Shown here: positions 60,186-64,000 of the stretch, one piece after another
How the letters are laid out: every line of letters begins with the position of its first letter
How positions within the stretch are numbered: the first letter of the stretch is position 1
NCBI GenBank assembly: GCA_002269645.1
Contig: NIVC01002073.1
Location: 1-64,000, forward strand
Length of the DNA: 64,000 bases
Source: Macrostomum lignano
Taxonomy: Eukaryota
Reading direction: 5' to 3'
The notes under the pieces: generated by a model
Seen by the model: the letters and a program-made list of their open reading frames with translations, nothing else
What the model was told of the DNA's origin: nothing
The model's database searches: none
Position numbers and translations under genes: made by a program

Positions 60186-60333
60186 CAACCTAGGGATTCA
60201 CCTGGCCATTTCTATCGGCAACACACATAAGTTGCTATTAGACAGAATAGTAGTCAGGTGACTACTCTTAGCCAATAGTGACTTACACATGTGTGTGTTG
60301 CCAATAGAAACGGCCAGGTGATTCCCAAGGTTG
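60186..60333. mobile_element. 148-bp foldback MITE-like palindrome
   Basis: caacctagggattcacctggccatttctatcggcaacacaca pairs with tgtgtgttgccaatagaaacggccaggtgattcccaaggttg; central hairpin agtagtca-gg-tgactact. Confidence 0.7.
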
Positions 60334-60847
60334 TACATGTATAAGCAGAACATTAGTACTATGCAAATAACAAGTGCCAAGCTTCAAAGTATAATTGCTT
60401 TAAGTATATTAAAAATGATGCTATATTATAAAGGTTGAAAACAATATCCATGCAGATGCATGTATAATATTATACTATTTTAGCTATAATAAATACTCAA
60501 CAATATTAAAAAATTCATTATCTTTAAAAGTTATTATCTTTTTATATTTACAATAGTAGTATATAAATTATCAGTATCAGTAGTATTATCAAAAAATGAC
60601 TAAAAATAGGTTATAGATATACTTATACCTAAGGTAAGGTAATTTATGAAAATCAAAACTAAGAAAAAGGGTATTGTTATAACAATGAATAAATTGCTGT
60701 TTTACTTGTTTCTATATTATGCCCTTAGTGGCAATATTGATATCTGTTTTATACCCTTAATTATCAACAGTTAAACTTATAATCTTATAAATTTACAATT
60801 TCAGTTTCTTGTCTCAACTGTTATATCTTAATTAAATAACATTAAAA

Positions 60848-60969
60848 ATGTGCAATGTGGAAATCAAAGCCAAAATTCACAACTTTGATGATTTTCTAGC
60901 CAAAGCAATTGCTATATCTGATAAAAATCCACCACCAAAAGTGATTAATATGATTGACACGTTTTACAA
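60848..60969 (+). CDS. CYTH-domain (CyaB/class IV adenylyl cyclase-like) protein, exon 1
   Basis: MCNVEIKAKIHNFDDFLAKA...DTFY carries the CYTH N-terminal NVEIKA motif; donor AA|GTAAGC, phase 2. Not listed in the ORF track because it is under 60 aa. Confidence 0.85.
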
Positions 60970-61376
60970 GTAAGCCTAATTGTATTTGTTTTAATATTGC
61001 TTATTTTTGTTAGGTACAATCATTTTTTATTAAAAGGCTTAGACTTAGCTAATCATAATCCCAGCCCAGATAGTAATTCTAAGTGACTATTACCCTCCAA
61101 GATCCTTCGCATTAGATCAAGCTACCACTTCCCTATATCCCCAAAATAAAGCCACCATCTTCCTAGATCTATAAAGCTCTAAACCCTAGAACTATTCCTT
61201 AAATAAAATGCCACCAATCCATGTTGAAATGCCACCAGCCCTGTCTAGTCCTCAGATTAAGATAAGGTGATGCTAATCCCATTACATAAGGTATTGTTGT
61301 TCCCATCCAGTCTTGACATGAGATGCTGCTGCTTTAGTCCTTATATTATCACTCCAATTCTCCCTAAACCTGTGAG

Positions 61377-61563
61377 GGTGAACTCTGGCCGTCTGAAGCT
61401 GCGCGAATATCCCGGACACGAGGAGGCCCGGGTCAGCGAGCTGGTGCACTATCACAGGGAGGACTCGACTGGAGCTAAACTGAGCCGCTACAGCAAGGTG
61501 CCGGTGCCAGACCCGGCCGGACTGGGCGCCATTCTGGCTGACAGTCTCGGTGTGATCGGCCAG
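61377..61563 (+). CDS. CYTH-domain protein, exon 2
   Basis: VNSGRLKLREY...SELVHYHRED-TGAKLSRY...DPAGLGAILADSLGVIGQ matches the CyaB-like GRLKLR, ELIxYxRxD and GPKxSxY motifs; donor cag|GTGAAA. The acceptor is either GAG (61376) or TAG (61337). Confidence 0.82.
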
Positions 61564-61984
61564 GTGAAAGCTAAATCCATAGTGGAAATGAAATCGTCAA
61601 AAATGACATTTTTTGGAGAGAAAGAGGAGCCAGTAATTGCTTTTGGCAGCAGTAGATTTAGTCTTGCCCGTCTTGCAAGCAAGTTGATGTTTCGGCCATA
61701 GATATCAGCACAAAGAAGGATGTCAACATCTTTATCCGTCTATGTCTATGAGCAAGAAAAAGTATACCCGCTTGGCTCTTTCATCCGACATTTTGCCCGG
61801 TTTCATATCCGGATTTTCGTCCGCCTCGCAATGTATTTTCTCCTATCCGAAAAGCGGATGAAAAGTTTACAAATCGGACGAAAAGTGCAGATTTTGACCC
61901 CTTGATCCGCTCTGCTGTTTGCAATTCGTCCGTTTTCTTCTCCGGATGTTGATCCGCATTCTTGCGGACTAGAGACCGGACCAA

Positions 61985-62635
61985 CATCCGGACGAATTCC
62001 GGACGAATGAGACGCACACAATTCCGGACCACTAAGTGGACCGAGATCCGGACGAATTCCGGACGAATGAGACGCACACAATTCCGGACCACTAAGTGGA
62101 CCGAGATCCGGACGAATTCCGGACGAATGAGACGCACACAATTCCGGACCACTAAGTGGACCGAGATCCGGACGAATTCCGGACGAATGAGACGCACACA
62201 ATTCCGGACCACTAAGTGGACCGAGATCCGGACGAATTCCGGACGAATGAGACGCACACAATTCCGGACCACTAAGTGGACCGAGATCCGGACGAATTCC
62301 AGACGAATGAGACGCACACAATTCCGGACCACTAAGCGGACCGAGATCCGGACGAATTCCGGACGAATGAGACGCACACAATTCCGGACCACTAAGCGGA
62401 CCGAGATCCGGACGAATTCCGGACGAATGAGACGCACACAATTCCGGACCACTAAGCGGACCGAAATCCGGACGAATGAGACGCACGCACCCTGCGGACC
62501 ACAGACCGGACCGAAATCCGGACGAAATCTGGACGAATGAGACGCACGCACCCTGTGGACCACAGACCGGACCGAAATCCGGACGAATAAGACGCACGCA
62601 CCCTCGGGACCACAAACCGGACCGAAATCTGGACC
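61985..62635. repeat. 60-bp CpG-rich minisatellite (ccggacgaattccggacgaatgagacgcacacaattccggaccactaagtggaccgagat)
   Basis: About 8 near-perfect units plus degenerate right-hand units; tccgg motifs extend left to about 61780. Confidence 0.95.
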
Positions 62636-63196
62636 ACTGCATGCTGTGACTTCCAGCGCCCCCTTATTCGAACAGCCCATGCGTATGCAGATGCATCAAC
62701 CGTTTAACATAAACTAACAAGTGCTGCAGTTAAAGAATTGAAGTCTGACAAGACAGAAAATGACGCATTACTTTTGTTCACACAAGAAATGATTATGTCC
62801 AGTACGTGCTGGGAACACTTTTTATAAAAGATGTTATGAATGCTTACGTCTTTACTTTTAATGCACACTTAATAAGGCCAACAAGCGACAACGAACACAA
62901 ACTATCGAGACTGGATCGATCGATCCCTTTTGATCATTTGATCGATTCTACAAAAGAGTAGATGATGCTTCTGCTGCTCTGCTGCTAAATCGACTAAAGA
63001 CAGATGACAAATTTGTAATGAAGTTCTAATCACGATCTGGTAATTCCTACTCTGGTTGTGCAGTATATGCATACACTGTACACGTGGTGCACTCAACAGC
63101 TTCTAATTATACCCGCATCTGGTGTACTCTACTCTGGTGCCGCAATCTCCGTATACACTAGTGTACGTAGGCGGTCCAGTGAAAAGAATGCAGAAA

Positions 63197-64000
63197 TCAG
63201 TCTCGCTGCTGCAAAACACGCAGCAGCAAATCATCTTCGAGATGACCTCCCGACTCCAATTCCTGCACGCCGGTGACGGGCAAGGACGGTGTTATAGCAG
63301 TAGCAGCAGCAGCAGCACAATTTTCAACGCCCTGGGAAACCGGTCTGCCGGTCGTTGGAACGGCAGGAATGGCAGCGGCTTGCGCGGTGACGTCGGAAGT
63401 GTTGGATGCATTCGAGCCGACTCCGATGATGTGCACTACAGTCTGCTGCGAGACTCGAGCCGCCTTCTTTGGACGCTGGCGATCTGTTCGGTTCTTCTTT
63501 GGCCGAATGCGCTTTGGCAGGCCCATGCGTCGGCGGACCGCCTCGCCGCAGCGATTGAAGGCGCGGCGCAGATCGTCCGTGGTAAAAGAGATCTCAGCGT
63601 TCTGCAGCCACAGTTTTGCCGACTGCAGTTTGGCAGGATTTGCAGCAGACGTGGCGTAGCCTGAGGCTTGACGACCAGAAATGCTGGAGTGCGCCAATTC
63701 CGCGTCCGTAAAAGTGGCCCTAAAAAGAGCGCGCAGTGTAGACATTCTTGCGGCCCTGCGACGGGATGCTAGTGTGGCCTCTTCGATGTCGGTGTCTACT
63801 GGGGGCGCCATCAATTTGCGCAGCTCATTGTTGCGATGATCCAGCTCGGAGCGGCGCTGGGCGGAGATCCTCAAAAAGGCCTGCTGGTCGGAAAGCGGTA
63901 CCCGAGCGACAGCTTCCACCGCAGGTGCCGTAGAAGGTCCTGCTTGAGATGCCGCCCTGTCGCATGCGTCGCTTAAAGCGCGTGTCTGCGACACAGACAG
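63197..64000 (-). CDS. BEN-domain protein, 3' portion (5' end outside the window)
   Basis: LRALFRATFTDAELAHSSISG...NPAKLQSAKLWL...LRRAFNRCGEAVRRR fits the BEN pattern (LF-t-eEL-sS-G, DP-kL, basic terminal helix), preceded by a short coiled coil; frame open to the window edge. Confidence 0.65.
   Translation of the reverse strand: MSVSQTRALSDACDRAASQAGPSTAPAVEAVARVPLSDQQAFLRISAQRRSELDHRNNELRKLMAPPVDTDIEEATLASRRRAARMSTLRALFRATFTDAELAHSSISGRQASGYATSAANPAKLQSAKLWLQNAEISFTTDDLRRAFNRCGEAVRRRMGLPKRIRPKKNRTDRQRPKKAARVSQQTVVHIIGVGSNASNTSDVTAQAAAIPAVPTTGRPVSQGVENCAAAAATAITPSLPVTGVQELESGGHLEDDLLLRVLQQRD

Noticed and set aside
61488-61740. Minus-strand frame DVDILLCADIYG..., reminiscent of a BEL/Pao protease-region motif
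   Set aside because: No other retroelement domain nearby, and part of it is antisense to the well-supported CYTH exon.
6172-62635. Six-base palindromes inside many repeat units (TCATGA, AAGCTT, GAATTC, TCCGGA, GTGCAC)
   Set aside because: A 30-50-bp unit has roughly even odds of containing one by chance.
205-62680. Long ORFs through tandem repeats (e.g. GSGEQGK 4191-5909, THEL/MNSL/MSEF 6138-7182, LAVTLCESLI 34063-35013, EESPLGQFW 47786-51920, RTNSGRMRR 61962-62540)
   Set aside because: They are open because the unit lacks stops, occur in several frames and strands at once, lie in introns or flanks of real genes, and have no unique domain.

Overview
Eukaryotic (metazoan) genomic DNA: GC-rich spliceosomal exons are embedded in AT-rich DNA, and about half of the window is tandem repeat. 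The style resembles the free-living flatworm Macrostomum, but that assignment is inference only. 1-16 kb is a rearranged cluster of five near-identical intronless tRNA-Arg(UCU) genes (one cut by the window edge, one degenerate). Two of them sit in an inverted-duplicated cassette (2296-4088 / 9586-11925) made of a CCAAT/GC/TATA promoter, an intronless C2H2/C2HC zinc-finger ORF with a coding VNTR, a 17-bp VNTR and a convergent tRNA. 17-64 kb holds genes whose exons I assembled by hand with phase-consistent GT-AG junctions: ALG12 (+, 3 exons), a coiled-coil Rab11-FIP-like gene with two tandem RBD-like motifs (+, at least 3 exons), an otopetrin (-, 4 exons), PIGF (-, 2 exons), RPB6/POLR2F (-, 1 exon), the first two exons of a CYTH/CyaB-like gene (+) and a BEN-domain ORF (-) running off the right edge. 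Almost every intron and 3' flank carries its own private minisatellite. Mobile DNA includes a hAT-type non-autonomous element with an 8-bp TSD, a CpG-decayed relative of it, a foldback MITE and a dispersed repeat that folds around a tRNA-derived head. Most long ORFs in the supplied track are repeat artefacts. Protein-family calls rest on motifs recalled from memory, not on database searches.
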